Shown here one piece after another: positions 5,107 through 6,551 of a stretch of DNA of 6,551 bases. The position numbers were made by a program, and so were the translations under genes. The stretch comes from Candidatus Auribacterota bacterium. Its GTDB lineage: Bacteria > Auribacterota > UBA6266. Within the stretch, counting starts at the first letter, position 1. Every line of letters begins with the position of its first letter. The notes beneath the pieces were generated by a model. It was not told the DNA's origin. It made no database searches and saw nothing but the letters and a program-made list of their open reading frames with translations. The stretch spans positions 1 through 6,551 of the forward strand of contig JAGLRQ010000133.1 of the NCBI GenBank assembly GCA_023136205.1, written 5' to 3'.

Positions 5107-6537
5107 TTACAATTTTTCCAGTTTCTTTCTCAAAATCTCATTTACAAGTTTCGGGTTCGCTTTTCCTTTGGTTGCTTTCATTACCAGGCCAACCATGAAA
5201 CCGGCAGCCGATTTTTTGCCTTTCTTATAATCTTCCACCACTTTCGAATTTTCACTTAAAGCCTTGATAATAATTTCTTCTATTTGTGTCTCATCTGAAA
5301 TCTGGACAAGGCCCCTTTCTTTAATAATTAAAGCAGGGTTCTTTCCGGTTTTAAACATTTCAGAGAAAACTTCCTTCGCAATCTTACCGCTAATCGTTCC
5401 CTTTTCAACAAGGCTAATAAGGCCGCTTAAAGATAGAGGGGAAACCCTGACGTCACTCAACGCAATCCGTGACGCGTTTATCTCTTTTAGAAATTCACCC
5501 ATCACCCAGTTAGCGGCTTTTTTGGGAGCTGAACTATATTTAACAGTTGCTTCATAATAATCAGCCAGCTCTTTTTCCCCTGTCAAAACGCCGGCATCAT
5601 ATTCTGAAAGCTTATATTCTTTAACAAACCGATTGTATCTTTCAGAAGGCATTTCGGGAACATCTTTTTTTACATTCCGGAGATATTCATCATCAAGAAT
5701 AACAGGGACAAGATCCGGTTCAGGAAAATATCTGTAGTCATGTGCTTCCTCTTTAGTCCTCATTAAAACCGTGATTTCTTTTTCAACATCCCAGAGCCTT
5801 GTTTCCTGGACTATTTTCCCCGACCCTTCAAGGACTTTTTTCTGGCGTTTAGCTTCATATTCCAGAGATTTTCTTACATTCGCAAAGGAATTCAAATTCT
5901 TTATCTCGGTTTTTGTCCCAAGCTCTTTTGCCCCCATCAGCCTTATTGAAATATTAGCATCGCATCTCAAGCTTCCTTCTTCCATATTACAATCTGAAAC
6001 ACCCAGATATTTAAGGCATTGTTTCATGGAAACGAGATACGCATATGCCTCTTCCGAAAGTCTCATATCAGGTTCGCTCACAATTTCGAGAAGCGGAATA
6101 CCTGTCCTGTTTAAATCCACACCGCTGCCGCCAAAAATATCGTGAACCAGCTTTCCCGCGTCTTCTTCAAGATGAATTCTTGTAATCCCAATTTTCTTTT
6201 TTTCACCATTAACATTTATTGTGATTGAGCCTCCTACATTAAGCGGCTTATCATACTGGGAAACCTGATAGTTCTTCGGAAGATCCGGATAATAATAATT
6301 CTTCCTGTCAAACTTTGAAAATTTTGAAACTTCACATCCTAAAGCAATTCCGGTTTTAACAGCCATTCTTATTGTCTCCCCATTGATTACCGGCAATACT
6401 CCCGGAAGGCCGAGGCAAACAGGGCAGGTCTGAGTATTGGGCTCAGCACCAAACTTTGTGGAACAGCCGCAAAACATCTTCGATTCAGTCATCAACTGAA
6501 CATGAACTTCAAGGCCTATGACTATTTCATATTTCAT
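5107..6537 (-). CDS. gatB: Aspartyl/glutamyl-tRNA(Asn/Gln) amidotransferase subunit B
   Basis: It has the canonical N-terminus MKYEIVIGLEVHVQL followed by KMFCGC...CPVCLGLPGVLPV. The YqeY-like C-terminal tail contains GFMVGLVMK. It is full length at 476 aa. The upstream partner (gatA is expected) would lie beyond the right edge of the window. Confidence 0.97.
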   Translation of the reverse strand: MKYEIVIGLEVHVQLMTESKMFCGCSTKFGAEPNTQTCPVCLGLPGVLPVINGETIRMAVKTGIALGCEVSKFSKFDRKNYYYPDLPKNYQVSQYDKPLNVGGSITINVNGEKKKIGITRIHLEEDAGKLVHDIFGGSGVDLNRTGIPLLEIVSEPDMRLSEEAYAYLVSMKQCLKYLGVSDCNMEEGSLRCDANISIRLMGAKELGTKTEIKNLNSFANVRKSLEYEAKRQKKVLEGSGKIVQETRLWDVEKEITVLMRTKEEAHDYRYFPEPDLVPVILDDEYLRNVKKDVPEMPSERYNRFVKEYKLSEYDAGVLTGEKELADYYEATVKYSSAPKKAANWVMGEFLKEINASRIALSDVRVSPLSLSGLISLVEKGTISGKIAKEVFSEMFKTGKNPALIIKERGLVQISDETQIEEIIIKALSENSKVVEDYKKGKKSAAGFMVGLVMKATKGKANPKLVNEILRKKLEKL

Positions 6538-6551
6538 AAATATCCCGTATC

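Noticed and set aside
5264-6145. Plus-strand ORFs 5264..5557 (97 aa) and 5771..6145 (124 aa)
   Set aside because: They are antisense shadows of gatB and have no motifs.

Overview
This is an AT-rich bacterial window that uses the standard code (TGA and TAA stops) and strong AGGAGG Shine-Dalgarno sites. The right two thirds (1840-6537) is ordinary housekeeping. It holds a short Ppx/GppA-family phosphatase on the + strand. On the - strand it holds gatB, then accD and folC, which are coupled by an ATGA overlap. The left third is the unusual part and has three pieces. First, a 383-bp non-coding stretch begins at the window edge with a degenerate pyrimidine-rich repeat array (TATTTT core, 8 copies, about one helical turn apart). 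Second, a cluster of GC-rich palindromes follows it. Third, a tightly packed three-gene + strand cassette occupies 384-1644. The cassette encodes an orphan HsdR-N-terminal-like PD-(D/E)xK nuclease with a long helical and basic C-terminal extension. It also encodes a 79-aa protein with an N-terminal membrane anchor and a Cys/His cluster, and a 58-aa CPxC/CPxC zinc ribbon with a C-terminal membrane anchor. No methylase, specificity subunit, helicase or other known partner is present. I regard this cassette and its upstream repeats as the best candidate for an undescribed accessory (defence or mobile-element related) module, but that is inference from motifs only. A second structure not explained by the genes is an 8-bp-phased array of convergent (A/G)GTTA repeats that fills the gatB-accD intergenic region. 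All family assignments come from motif recognition by eye; no searches were run.
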